A DNA stretch of 64,000 bases from a virus (lineage: Duplodnaviria > Caudoviricetes), in the IMG/VR virus record IMGVR_UViG_3300034061_006011; one strand, 5' to 3'. The first letter of the stretch is position 1. The number at the start of each line of letters is the position of its first letter. This document shows, piece after piece, positions 39,474 to 50,345 of this stretch. The position numbers were made by a program, and so were the translations under genes. A model generated the notes under the pieces. That model was not told the origin of the DNA and searched no databases. It saw only the letters and a program-made list of their open reading frames with translations.

Positions 39474-39596
39474 ACTCCTTTTTTATTACAGCTAAGTGCT
39501 GTACAAGGATTATATGCGATTTTTATGTTTATGTCAAGGTTTTTTGTATTGTGTTAATATATATGTCAACATAATAATTCACTTTTAAGGAGCATT

Positions 39597-39944
39597 ATGA
39601 AAAGTTTTGAAGAATATGTGATTTTAAGGGAAAGCGAAAGTCCAGAATATCCAAACTTTAAAAAGCGTATAGACTTTGGTGGAGGAGATACAGAAAACGC
39701 TTTTTTTAGTTTAGGCTTGCCAAATTTAGAGGAAATTGCTGCTGATTCCCAGATACCTAAAGTAAAAGAGTTTGCAAGAAAATTAGCATTTCAAATCCGT
39801 GATGCTGGTCTTATGACAATAAAAGATATAACAAAGATAACACCAGAACAAAGCTCTATTGCTGAGAATATTAAGCGTCAATGGAAAGGTTTTGTTTCAC
39901 AATATCCTAATCTTGTTAGTGGTTTTCAAGGTCATATTTCTTAA
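39597..39944 (+). CDS. Hypothetical protein with CTS-like start
   Basis: MKSFEEYVILRESE; upstream region near-identical to that of 40066. Confidence 0.65.
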   Translation: MKSFEEYVILRESESPEYPNFKKRIDFGGGDTENAFFSLGLPNLEEIAADSQIPKVKEFARKLAFQIRDAGLMTIKDITKITPEQSSIAENIKRQWKGFVSQYPNLVSGFQGHIS

Positions 39945-39960
39945 TTTAATCTTTATAACA

Positions 39961-40832
39961 AAAAGAACCACCGGCAGAAATGCCGGTGGTTCTTTTTACA
40001 ATTTTGTTTTATTAATATTGTGTTAATATATATGTCAACATAATAATTCAATTTTAAGGAGCATTATGACGAGTTTTAACGAATGGCTAAAGCAGAGAGA
40101 CGAAAGGTTTCATGAATATTTTGATACTCCTTATGATTCCAACATTGTTGGTCAAAATAGTGAAAGAGGTTATTCTAGCTCTAGCGGAAATCCTGTTTTA
40201 GACAGTGGAAAAGAATTGCCTGCTAGGTTCAACAAAATGTCAACGATGTATAGATCTTTAGCACAAAAAAGCCCTGACAAGAGTCAATTTTCCGGTTCAT
40301 TGAAAGTGCGTTTTTATCAGGGAAATAAATCACAAATGCGTGATCCAAGAGGTGATCAAAAACTTATGGCAATTGAATTGACTGATTTGGGAAAAATGAA
40401 TTTAGATAAGCTTGTCAAAGGTGAAGGGCAAGCTACTCATATTGCTGGAGAAACCATTTATAAAAAAGGTGACTCTAGACCAATGCAAATGACAGCAAAA
40501 GATATTCTTAACAACGTATTTGGAGAATGTAAAGCTCTTCTGCAATATCATTTAATTGATGAAAAAGCAACTAAATTCGCAAAATTGAATTTTGTAAAGG
40601 AAATAAAAGATATAATAAGCAGATTTGGAAACAATCATATGACAATATTAGATGCATCATTAAAATCAATTATAAGAGATTTGGAATTAGAAAATGGTGT
40701 TCAGCTTAAATATGAAACTATTGGACCATCAATTTCATTAGTAAGTGATGATTATTTTAACATAAAATAACAAGATAAAATTATTTATAAAAACACAGAA
40801 CCACCGGCAGAAATGCCGGTGGTTCTTTTTTT
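39961..40832. terminator. Two identical terminators AACCACCGGC-AGAAAT-GCCGGTGGTT
   Basis: At 39961-39997 and 40798-40832. Confidence 0.85.
40066..40770 (+). CDS. Hypothetical protein with CTS-like start
   Basis: MTSFNEWLKQRDE. Confidence 0.65.
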   Translation: MTSFNEWLKQRDERFHEYFDTPYDSNIVGQNSERGYSSSSGNPVLDSGKELPARFNKMSTMYRSLAQKSPDKSQFSGSLKVRFYQGNKSQMRDPRGDQKLMAIELTDLGKMNLDKLVKGEGQATHIAGETIYKKGDSRPMQMTAKDILNNVFGECKALLQYHLIDEKATKFAKLNFVKEIKDIISRFGNNHMTILDASLKSIIRDLELENGVQLKYETIGPSISLVSDDYFNIK

Positions 40833-40847
40833 ATACTTTCCTAATTA

Positions 40848-41120
40848 TCAACGATAACGAACACAAGCGAACCAACCGTTGCGTCCTCTTGACACAGCGA
40901 TTTCTACAGGTGTACGCTTGCCCCAGAAGCAACAATTATGTATTGCGTCCTGTGCTGACCTAGTGCTGAATCCAACACCTTCATAGGCGAAGCTACCGCC
41001 TCTATGTGCCATTCTGCCAGTTGAAGCAGAAGCATTTGCAGATGCTTGAGCGGAAAGACCGCCAGCAGCAAACGATTGAGTAGCGAACAGAACAGCAACA
41101 ATCAAAACCTTCCATGACAT
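40848..41120 (-). CDS. Small secreted CAP/SCP-like protein of planctomycete type
   Basis: Signal peptide; AHRGG..EGVG...CC..G...GWFAC motif. Confidence 0.55.
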   Translation of the reverse strand: MSWKVLIVAVLFATQSFAAGGLSAQASANASASTGRMAHRGGSFAYEGVGFSTRSAQDAIHNCCFWGKRTPVEIAVSRGRNGWFACVRYR

Positions 41121-41188
41121 AACTATAACCTCCATGTGGAAACAAAACACCAAAAAGAAACATTTTCCTTTTATTTTCTCTGACTAAG

Positions 41189-41743
41189 TTATACCGAAAG
41201 ATCCCTAAAGACTGCTATTAGTTTTAACAAGGATTCACTTTCTAATTGAATCCTCATATCATTACTGTTGGGTCCATTATACTCAAGTTCCTTGTCATAG
41301 TCAAGGAACATTTTTTTGGATTCTGGCAAATAGATTCTTTCTTGCAGAGATAATTTACTTAATGCTTCCCGAAATGTTTCAATTTCCCGATCATTTCTCT
41401 TTTTATCTACTATAAACTGTTCAGGAGATTGGTCATCTTCAACTACAATAGTTGTTTCAAAGTCAAGAACATTTCTATGATATCGTTTCTTATGCATCCA
41501 TAAAGATCGGGCACCTTTCATTTGCCAAGCAGCATGACCGGAGAAAGATCCTTTAGTTGGATCATAAGTGGATGCAGCAACGACCAAGCTCATCATAAGC
41601 TCTTGCCGATATCCTTCTTCATCACGAAAATAAACACCTTTTGGAGTTCTTTTAAGGAACCATTCTACCAATGCAATATTATCTTCTACCAACTTCCTTT
41701 GAGTATTAGTCAAAGGAGAAACTTCTTTTTTTTGTTTAGCCAT
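41189..41743 (-). CDS. Sigma-70-like factor (clear region 2, degenerate region 4)
   Basis: LVEDNIALV...QELMMSLVVAASTYDPTKGSFSGHA; perfect TTGACA-17-TATAAT upstream. Confidence 0.7.
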   Translation of the reverse strand: MAKQKKEVSPLTNTQRKLVEDNIALVEWFLKRTPKGVYFRDEEGYRQELMMSLVVAASTYDPTKGSFSGHAAWQMKGARSLWMHKKRYHRNVLDFETTIVVEDDQSPEQFIVDKKRNDREIETFREALSKLSLQERIYLPESKKMFLDYDKELEYNGPNSNDMRIQLESESLLKLIAVFRDLSV

Positions 41744-41913
41744 AACTACCTCCTATGGACCTTCATTATACGGTTGTTGATATGGTTTGTCAATGTCGAA
41801 CCATGTTCATGATTAACTTTTCGTCTCTGAGTGCAATTTGGTATTTAATTTCTCCAATTATGATTGGATAAGTGAAGTAACTTATAATTATACCAATTAA
41901 AAACCAAAATAAA

Positions 41914-42570
41914 TTATTCTTCAAATTGGTCCCTTAGCCTTTCTACGCATTTTTTTGTTATCTGTTGAATGCGTTGTCGTGTAACTCCAAGTTCATCAGC
42001 AATACTTTGAAAACTTTTTTCATTAAAATAATGGTCTATGACTATTTGTCTGTGATGAATAGGAAGAACATTTAGGTTAATATAAAACACAACTTTCTCT
42101 TCTTGTGGTTGCCTTAAAGTTGAATGTTTTGATTTGCTAATTACTTTATCGTTAATTGTAATTAGTTGATAATTATCTTTCCTTCTTCTATTTTTTACAA
42201 AATAGATTTCATAAATCCTTCTAAAGAAAGATGTATAGAAGTATGTCATGAACAAGACTTCACCGGGGATGAAGTATTTCTGGCAGCTACAATAGACATA
42301 TAAAGCAATATTTTTAGCTTCCTCTAAATCTAATTTAATTTTATATTTTTCTTTGAATTTGCTGGCTAATTTTCTGGAGAAGTATGTTGTCATTTTGATA
42401 ATATCTTCTTTAGGAAATTCAATATTTTTAATATCATTGTCTATATTTCTGCGATTTGCTTCATTTTGAGCAATACGCAGAGAATACTTTTTATTTTCTC
42501 TTCCTATCTTTATGTCTACACAATCATTTGTTGTATAGACATATCCATCCTTGGTTTTAGTGTACCACAT
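41914..42570 (-). CDS. Sigma-70-like factor (clear region 4)
   Basis: LPIHHRQIVIDHYFNEKSFQSIADELGVTRQRIQQI. Confidence 0.75.
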   Translation of the reverse strand: MWYTKTKDGYVYTTNDCVDIKIGRENKKYSLRIAQNEANRRNIDNDIKNIEFPKEDIIKMTTYFSRKLASKFKEKYKIKLDLEEAKNIALYVYCSCQKYFIPGEVLFMTYFYTSFFRRIYEIYFVKNRRRKDNYQLITINDKVISKSKHSTLRQPQEEKVVFYINLNVLPIHHRQIVIDHYFNEKSFQSIADELGVTRQRIQQITKKCVERLRDQFEE

Positions 42571-42791
42571 TATTGATCCAATGCTGCAAAAAAGGAAGTC
42601 TTGTGTGACCAGTTCTGATTTTTACTGAACAAAGTGCTACGACGATAGATATTTTTCCAACATGTGGAAATGTATGTCCAGTTTATTGCTATGTTAAAAA
42701 CAGTTGACTGGTTTAATGAACCGAAATCATAAGAACAACCTGATGTAAGCCAAGCTGTATCTTTTGGAATATTTTGATACTTGTTAATCAT
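42570..42791 (-). CDS. Ser/Trp-rich microprotein
   Basis: Coupled to both neighbours. Confidence 0.5.
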   Translation of the reverse strand: MINKYQNIPKDTAWLTSGCSYDFGSLNQSTVFNIAINWTYISTCWKNIYRRSTLFSKNQNWSHKTSFFAALDQ

Positions 42792-43375
42792 GTTTCTTGC
42801 TCCGGTTGATATTCTTGTTCTTCTAATCTAAAAGTCCATGCTACTGCTTGCTGGCATGTTTTAGCAGTTGGTGGAACACAAAGATAATAATCTTTGTATG
42901 TACCATCTGGTTCTTGGGTAGAATTGACTACTTTGACATAAGATACTGGTTCATCAAATATACCTTTTATTTGAAAAAGGATTTGATTTTTTTGTTTATC
43001 TTTGTGGATGATAGTTGTGTTGTTACTTTCTAACACTCTATCCATTCCAACAATTTTAATGCCGACATATCTAACTTCTGTATTAGGATGAGCTAATACT
43101 TCTGTTATTGTCAAGCTATCTGGTTTGGTGTAGAAATGTGGTGGAATTCTTACACCTTCGTAATAATAGCTGATGCTTCCCCATTTATCGGCATCTAGCC
43201 CATGTTTTTTACCATTCCTGTACCAAGTGATACGGGTTGGTGTAATATAAGCGGGACCATCGTCTTTGTGAAGGTTGCCTTCTTCGTTGGTAAATCTTGT
43301 GATAGGTCCAAATGGATATTCTGTTAAGAAGAAATCCAATCGTGCTTTCCACGCATCAAATCCGTTATTCTTCAT
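42788..43375 (-). CDS. Conserved phage protein (DUF6745-like)
   Basis: LHKDDGPA; VKVVNST.EPDG...YYLCVPP....QQAVAWTF. Confidence 0.65.
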   Translation of the reverse strand: MKNNGFDAWKARLDFFLTEYPFGPITRFTNEEGNLHKDDGPAYITPTRITWYRNGKKHGLDADKWGSISYYYEGVRIPPHFYTKPDSLTITEVLAHPNTEVRYVGIKIVGMDRVLESNNTTIIHKDKQKNQILFQIKGIFDEPVSYVKVVNSTQEPDGTYKDYYLCVPPTAKTCQQAVAWTFRLEEQEYQPEQET

Positions 43376-43570
43376 TGCTTTCCTCCTTAGTCATCCAGCT
43401 ATCTTGATTCATCTTCCACATAGTGTAGATGAAAGCAAATGCTAGAAATACAACAGTTGTTAGCCAAATGTAATACACGATCATGGTTGTTCCTCCATGT
43501 GTGTATTGTATATGGTTTTTCTTGATGTGTCAAGTGGTTAATTTTGTTTAGTGTTGTATAAATAGGTATT

Positions 43571-45001
43571 ATGAAAAACTTTTATGATTTTTACAAGTTG
43601 TTATCAGAGTCATTTCAACAAAACGATGAGTTTTTGAGTTTTATATTGAATGCTGTTGAAAAAAAGAAGGAAGAATTAGGTAATAACAGTTACATGGATG
43701 CGATAACTAAGCTTAATAGAGAAATTAGAGAGCCGCTAACAAACTTTACAGTAAATGATTATGGGGATTTGATTAGGTTTTTGTATTTCGTTTATGGAGA
43801 CATGGTAAAAGGTGAAGATGATAGCAGTTTTAGACGACAAGTAACATGCATTGGTTATTTTTTCTCACTTGCTGTTACAGATGATGTTCTTCAAAAAAGT
43901 GATATTGTAAGAGTTATAGTAATAAACAACTGCGCTAATCCTAGTATGCCAGATTTTATAAAAGATTTTAAACAATTTGCCTCAAGTCATGGATATAATT
44001 TTGGTTCTAATTGGATTAATCTTTATCGATCTTTAGCGAGCAGATCTGAAATAATTTTTGATGGTTTTACAAATTTATTAACTGACAATAATATGGAACA
44101 ATATGCAAGGTTTTTAATCGACCAAGCAAGTGCATCAGTAGAGCTTCCTGATAATCACAGAATCTTACATAGGGTGACAAGAGAAAACCCAAAAAGAAAA
44201 CATTGGACTAAAAAAGTAAGTCGTTATATGAACCCAGAATTTGTCAAATTAATTGTACCATTAATTCCAGAAAACTTATTTTCTTTACAGCAGGTACAGA
44301 TGGCTGGAAGTGGAATTGCACTTGGACCACATGGTCCAGCGTATGATAACGATGATTTTAGTGAAGAACAGCATGGAAGCATTAAACAACAAATGTTAAA
44401 ATATGACAATGTAAAATTCGGGGAAAATCCTGTTCGTGATGAAATGGTAATACTAGATTTGGCAGCACACATTCTTGATGAGACAGACAACACGGAATTG
44501 TTTGATGGAGGAGAAAACTCAATTGGTGTTAGTTCAATCATCAAAAAGCTTTTTTTTGAAATTACTGACGATCAGGAAGAAGAAGCTATAAGAACGCAAA
44601 AATTACCTCTTTCAAGAACAGAAATAGCTGTGCTTAACTTTTTCTTTAAAGGTCTTAGAAATGCAGTAGTTGAAAAAGTTTTTCCACTCAGTTTGGCACT
44701 TACTCTGTATTTAATTGATGTAAAAGCTGGTTCACGAAAAAAACTTAGTCGAATGGAATTTGAACTTGCTCAAGCAATAAAAGCAAGAAAAGAAAGACTA
44801 GGTATAGATGATTCAGAAGATCATGATTTAGATTTTGAATTCTATCAACACATGGCAGCATTAATGCTTGAAAGTAAAACTTTCCCTTATTTTACTGTCA
44901 GAGGTGTTATTGAACAAATAAGACATCATGAGATGATGACAAAATTTCTTAAAAAATTAGTCAATGAATTAAAAAAAGAATATGGATTAAGTGGATTTTA
45001 A
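43571..45001 (+). CDS. Hypothetical protein with CTS-like start
   Basis: TATAAATA 6 nt upstream; MKNFYDFYKLLSE. Confidence 0.7.
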   Translation: MKNFYDFYKLLSESFQQNDEFLSFILNAVEKKKEELGNNSYMDAITKLNREIREPLTNFTVNDYGDLIRFLYFVYGDMVKGEDDSSFRRQVTCIGYFFSLAVTDDVLQKSDIVRVIVINNCANPSMPDFIKDFKQFASSHGYNFGSNWINLYRSLASRSEIIFDGFTNLLTDNNMEQYARFLIDQASASVELPDNHRILHRVTRENPKRKHWTKKVSRYMNPEFVKLIVPLIPENLFSLQQVQMAGSGIALGPHGPAYDNDDFSEEQHGSIKQQMLKYDNVKFGENPVRDEMVILDLAAHILDETDNTELFDGGENSIGVSSIIKKLFFEITDDQEEEAIRTQKLPLSRTEIAVLNFFFKGLRNAVVEKVFPLSLALTLYLIDVKAGSRKKLSRMEFELAQAIKARKERLGIDDSEDHDLDFEFYQHMAALMLESKTFPYFTVRGVIEQIRHHEMMTKFLKKLVNELKKEYGLSGF

Positions 45002-45015
45002 AAAAGGAAAAAATT

Positions 45016-45348
45016 ATGAAAAACTTTTATGAATGGTTAGAAGAGCGTGATGCTGAAATGCTTAATGAGGCTAAGAAGCCTTATAAGGGATATAATGCAA
45101 AGAAGAACCATCCAGAAGGTGGATTAAAACCATCTTATGCTAAGAAACTTGGTATTCATGCTGGGATTGAAACCAAACGTGAAGCTGAACGTAAGGGTGG
45201 CGTTAAGAAGATGTCAAAGAAGACTCAAGCAAGAAGAAAGTCATTCTGTGCAAGGATGAAGGGCATGAAGAAGAAACTTACAAGCAAAAAAGTTGCAAAT
45301 GATCCAAAGAGCAAAATCAATGCTGCTTTAAGAGTATGGAAGTGCTAA
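45016..45348 (+). CDS. Basic conserved phage protein (DUF6321-like)
   Basis: RRKSFCARMKGMKK...SKINAALRVWKC. Confidence 0.65.
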   Translation: MKNFYEWLEERDAEMLNEAKKPYKGYNAKKNHPEGGLKPSYAKKLGIHAGIETKREAERKGGVKKMSKKTQARRKSFCARMKGMKKKLTSKKVANDPKSKINAALRVWKC

Positions 45349-46324
45349 ACTTGAGTAATCCAAAAACTATAAAAGTTATAATCTTTCCAGCAGAAGGAAA
45401 GATTCAGTTGTGAATTAGTTCTTGCGTATGAAATATGACTATTTTTTGTAAAAATCTTACAATAAAGAATGCCTCTGTTTGTGTAAGAGCTATCAAGTTT
45501 CCAAGAACGTGATGAAGCTTGGGATCTAAACATTTTATTATTTACCTTTCAAATAGTAGAATACTTCTGAGCTAGATTGGTGTAACAACCACATTTGACA
45601 AGCACAATTTTTCCATGTGTATCTTGAAAATGGTGGATAATATCTTGGTTTAGAGTAATGCTGATTACCCCAAAGGGAAGAGGATTGTCTAGCAATCCAC
45701 AGTGATCTAAAAAAATTAGGATTGTTAATAAACATGGCTTTAAATATTTTTACCCCAACATCTTGACGGAGATTGATAGCCAATTGAAAAAGGAGATCTA
45801 GTTCTTGACCAAGGCAAATCATTTTTTGTTTGCCAAGACCAACACTTTTCCGTAGACCAATGTCTTGAAAAGCACATTAGATTAGTAAAAGATCTAAAGT
45901 TAAGAGTTTTAAGAAGTCTCATGTTGTTTGTTCGCTCCTATTCCAATGCATAGAAAAGGCATGTCTCTTAGTCCAATGAAAAGAACAAGGTTTGAACATA
46001 GACCAAGAACAAAACCAACTCATTGACCATAAATCGGATGTAGTTATCTGTCTTCTGAAATAAACAGAACTTGACCTACCAGAAGACCAGCAGTAATTAT
46101 CTGATACACTTTTAATACACACGTTCATTTTCTTTCCTCAACAAACAACTACTTCTAACACTATTGTTCCAATGAACAGATCTGTTTCTACCATGTACAT
46201 GTGCATCATGAAATTGTAAACGACCATGATCAGATCTGCACAATACATCAAAACTAAATGTGTTAAAGGAATAAAATCCTTTAAAAGGGACACATGACAT
46301 TACATTGTTTCTTTTAAAGATCAT
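45345..46324 (-). CDS. Chain of five Ser/Trp/Cys-rich microproteins
   Basis: 46324-46112, 46128-45919, 45922-45740, 45735-45538, 45533-45345; overlapping or abutting. Confidence 0.55.
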
Positions 46325-46557
46325 TATTCAAAGCTCCTCTGCCAGACTTTTGAATCTGGTGCTTGCTCATAAGTCCATTCACACCCATTTGCTTCGATCA
46401 TCACTATATGAGCAATGCTTTCCAATTCAGTCTGGTACTGATTAGCCTCAGCATGTTTTAAAGTTTCCTCGGCTTTTTCGAGAGCCTCATGTCGATCATT
46501 TGCAATCACATCGATTGTGTGTTTTTGCGTCGATGTAATCTTTACAGTGTACTTCAT
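46324..46557 (-). CDS. Hypothetical protein
   Basis: GTG start after AGGAG; TIDVIANDRHEALEKAE. Confidence 0.6.
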   Translation of the reverse strand: MKYTVKITSTQKHTIDVIANDRHEALEKAEETLKHAEANQYQTELESIAHIVMIEANGCEWTYEQAPDSKVWQRSFE

Positions 46558-46571
46558 CGTGCTAACTCCTT

Positions 46572-47428
<857 letters not shown>

Positions 47429-47439
47429 ATATCACCTTA

Positions 47440-47652
47440 TCAGCCTTCTGATACCCATCCAGCTTCGCCTTCCTCTGTATCATATACATTCTGGTTAATA
47501 TAGGAGGTAGCCTCTTCTGCTGTCAAGAACAATTTACAATTGTTAGATGTAGCAAAATCTTCAGCCTGATTGAGATTTGGGAAAACATAATCCAACAATC
47601 GAAAGTCATTAAAGTTCTGACCCGATAAGAAGTAATATCTATTCATTTGCAT
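47440..47652 (-). CDS. Hypothetical protein
   Basis: Coupled to the upstream stop. Confidence 0.55.
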   Translation of the reverse strand: MQMNRYYFLSGQNFNDFRLLDYVFPNLNQAEDFATSNNCKLFLTAEEATSYINQNVYDTEEGEAGWVSEG

Positions 47653-48038
47653 CACCACCAGCTACTATAAAAAACATAAAGTCCATCACCTATTGCTCGT
47701 TTAGCCTGATAAATAAAATCAATATCATTTTCAATTGATTTACTGTCAGGAGGATTATCACCGAAGAAAAACCCTTTTGTATTAGGAAGATTACCTTCTC
47801 TAACATTCTTCTCCAAATTTTCTAAATCTTCTAACGTAAGCATAACATAATCACAATTGAATTCTCCTATTCCACCTTTTTTATAAAACAAATCACTCAT
47901 CCATCCATGAAGATCATGATGTTTGCGCCAGTAAAACAATTGATTCTTATCCAATCCTTCCACAAAAACTGGATTGATGTCTTTCAATTCTATAACATCT
48001 TCTTTTTTAATTGAATAAACAAACATATCAAGTCCCAT
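47652..48038 (-). CDS. Conserved phage protein (MGLDM...YWRK family)
   Basis: MGLDMFVY, FYWRKHHDLHGWM, YSSWW. Confidence 0.75.
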   Translation of the reverse strand: MGLDMFVYSIKKEDVIELKDINPVFVEGLDKNQLFYWRKHHDLHGWMSDLFYKKGGIGEFNCDYVMLTLEDLENLEKNVREGNLPNTKGFFFGDNPPDSKSIENDIDFIYQAKRAIGDGLYVFYSSWW

Positions 48039-48047
48039 GAGATACTC

Positions 48048-48606
48048 CTATATTAAGCCATCACCATCCCAATACATAGACCAACGCCACGGAAGAGACC
48101 TAGTTATTTTTTTTCCAAAAATCGACCATGTAGAACGAACATGACGAAAAGAATCAATATCTCTCCAGTTTGACATCATTCTCGATCCAGACCATTCTCT
48201 GGATCTAATAAATATATTTGATCTCATGATCATGTCATCACCTCTGCCACCATTATATCATAAAACTGATGAAAATCAATGTGATCATTCATTAAATGAC
48301 CAAGACGCAGAACAAATATGCTCATTGTGAACAGAGAAAATTGTAAATCCAGAATAAGAATAATGATTGTTCCATGATCTAGAAATTGATATATCTCTAG
48401 ACCAACACCAATTATTATGATTGCAAGAATTCGATCTAAGAATCATTGTAAGACCAACACCACCCAGAACAGATTTGACCACGATGGTGTTCAGAAAAAA
48501 TGGTAAAACCAGAGAAAGAATAATCATCATTCCATGATCTAGAAATTGATATATTTTTAAACCAAAAATGATACATGTAATTGTTAGAATTTATTCTAGT
48601 AATCAT
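48048..48606 (-). CDS. Three Ser/Trp-rich microproteins, two of them close paralogs
   Basis: 48606-48436, 48446-48285, 48233-48048; shared ISISRSWN..YS.SGFTIFS. Confidence 0.6.
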
Positions 48607-49069
48607 GGTTAGATTCCATTTCTTCATTTTCATTCTGAGAATATGCCTGTTGGTAATTGCTCGTTTTTGAGTTCAAGAGTTTTAGCAAGACTTCGTGATT
48701 ACCTGTTTGGACAACATCACTATCCTTTGTCATTGCTAAACATTTTGCTTTATCGCCAGATAGCCATGCCGCAGTTCCCAAGTAATATTTTGCTTCGCCC
48801 GGACTTTCTTGCCGAGCCTGCTGTGCAGCCTTTTTCATCATACTTACTGCTAATTTTATGTCGCCAGAAAAAGCATGTCTTTGCGCTTCATGCCAAGTAT
48901 CAACCCAATCATTGCTCATCGGGTTGCTGTCACCTTGATACTGTTCATCGCTCTCATTCAACCATTCTGCAAAAGAAAATTTATTTTCTTTAACACAATT
49001 TGGAACTGTTCTATTACCTTTCTTTTTCATGCCTACTTGCTTATAGCCTTTCCAACAAGATTCATTCAT
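48596..49069 (-). CDS. Phage protein with CWKGY...VPNCV motif and TPR-like C-terminus
   Basis: CWKGYKQVGMKKKGNRTVPNCV is a recurrent motif in T4-like phage proteins. Confidence 0.7.
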   Translation of the reverse strand: MNESCWKGYKQVGMKKKGNRTVPNCVKENKFSFAEWLNESDEQYQGDSNPMSNDWVDTWHEAQRHAFSGDIKLAVSMMKKAAQQARQESPGEAKYYLGTAAWLSGDKAKCLAMTKDSDVVQTGNHEVLLKLLNSKTSNYQQAYSQNENEEMESNHDY

Positions 49070-49097
49070 AATTTTACCTCACTAAATTATATATTCA

Positions 49098-49430
49098 TTA
49101 TTCAAACTTTGTAACATATCCGCATTCAAGCTTTTCGTATAAATTCCGACACCATTTAATTATTTCTTCAGGTTCCAAATCTTTACTCATAGTGACTGTG
49201 AAGTGTTGATCGTCTTTGTCTCGAAAGTATGCCACAAAATCATATCCATCAGGAATGATTCTTTCTGGTGTGCTATACCTACTAGTTTGCCAAAACCTAA
49301 GAATAACGGAAAATCTTCTGCCAACACTATCTTTTTGTGAATAACCCCAACATTTATTGTGTTTATCGTTCAGATGATCATATATTTTCTGAGGTTTGAA
49401 TCCAGCAGAAATTATATCTTGTTCTGTCAT
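49098..49430 (-). CDS. Hypothetical protein
   Basis: ORF track; SD-like sequence upstream. Confidence 0.6.
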   Translation of the reverse strand: MTEQDIISAGFKPQKIYDHLNDKHNKCWGYSQKDSVGRRFSVILRFWQTSRYSTPERIIPDGYDFVAYFRDKDDQHFTVTMSKDLEPEEIIKWCRNLYEKLECGYVTKFE

Positions 49431-49504
49431 TTAACATTCCTAAAAAATACCGCTCACATTTTATTGTGAGCGGTGTGTGATTGTTTACCAGCATATTTAA
49501 GACA

Positions 49505-49819
49505 TCAATTATCTAAATTGTGGTAAACCCAGTTTGGTTGGTAGATCAGTTCTACAGCGTTCAAAGAAATGATAACACTCGACCCGATAGGATCTTCCGA
49601 GTTAGGCTTTTCGGAACTAGAAGCCCCAGAAGACTCTACAGCACGGGCTTGGGCAAGAACGCAGCAATCGTCAGTGACCTTGCTTAAGATGCCTCTGTAG
49701 TTAAATCTGGCGCACAGAATGGCAACTGGTTGTCCAATATACTCATTCATAATAGTAGCCATGTTACTACCAGTTGATTTCTCTGGTGATACCCGTGAAA
49801 AAGTCCTTTTAACAGCCAT
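49505..49819 (-). CDS. Sm/LSm-like beta-barrel protein
   Basis: YIGQPVAILCARFNYRGILSKV..CCVL..A...VIISLNAVELI; GGAG-led. Confidence 0.55.
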   Translation of the reverse strand: MAVKRTFSRVSPEKSTGSNMATIMNEYIGQPVAILCARFNYRGILSKVTDDCCVLAQARAVESSGASSSEKPNSEDPIGSSVIISLNAVELIYQPNWVYHNLDN

Positions 49820-49850
49820 CTTGATACTCCTTTGTGTTAATAAAACCTAA

Positions 49851-50171
49851 TTAGTCAGCAACCTTACGTTCTTTTTCAACTGCAAGTGGATCATACTCAC
49901 GTTGACGGGAAACGCAAATCCATTCATTTTTTGGTAATGTGATCACATCATGTTCGTCATGACCGATCTTAATATCTTCATGTTCGGATAGAACATAAAT
50001 ATCTCCATTTTCATCTACGAAAGATTGCATTTCGGAGATGGAAGGACTCATGATCTTATGAGAGTGTCCTGTGACTTCTCCATAAGCAAGGATGTTGTCT
50101 GTCTTCTTCTTCAAGTTGTTAGGAATATTCTTAACAGTCTTGAAGAATATATCTCCTTGTCGTGCTTGCAT
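49851..50171 (-). CDS. Conserved phage protein (RQGD...GEVTGH.H family)
   Basis: ARQGDIFF, LAYGEVTGHSH, HDEH, RQREYDP. Confidence 0.75.
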   Translation of the reverse strand: MQARQGDIFFKTVKNIPNNLKKKTDNILAYGEVTGHSHKIMSPSISEMQSFVDENGDIYVLSEHEDIKIGHDEHDVITLPKNEWICVSRQREYDPLAVEKERKVAD

Positions 50172-50207
50172 TATAAACTCCTTTAAAAACACCAGAACAA
50201 TGGACAG

Positions 50208-50281
50208 TACCCCCAGTTGGATTCAAACCAACGACCTACGGTTTAGAAAACCGTTGCTCTGTTCAACTGAGCTATGAGGGC
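50208..50281 (-). tRNA. trnR: tRNA-Arg(TCT), no encoded CCA
   Basis: Acceptor GCCCTCA/TGGGGGT; anticodon arm ACGGT-TTTCTAA-ACCGT; T-loop TTTGAAT (variant). Confidence 0.88.
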
Positions 50282-50345
50282 ATATTGTGTGGACAATTTG
50301 TTTCACTTGTCCACACAAGTATTATAGCAAGTCTGAACCAATTTG

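Larger units (their letters stand above)
21850..39540 (-). promoter_or_regulatory. Array of at least 25 near-consensus sigma70 early promoters (TTGACA-17-TACAAT/TATAAT)
   Basis: Examples: -10 at 24017 and -35 at 24040; also about 23235, 24883, 25280, 28155, 29603, 30795, 31515, 32226, 32680, 36587, 37490; counted by eye. Confidence 0.85.
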
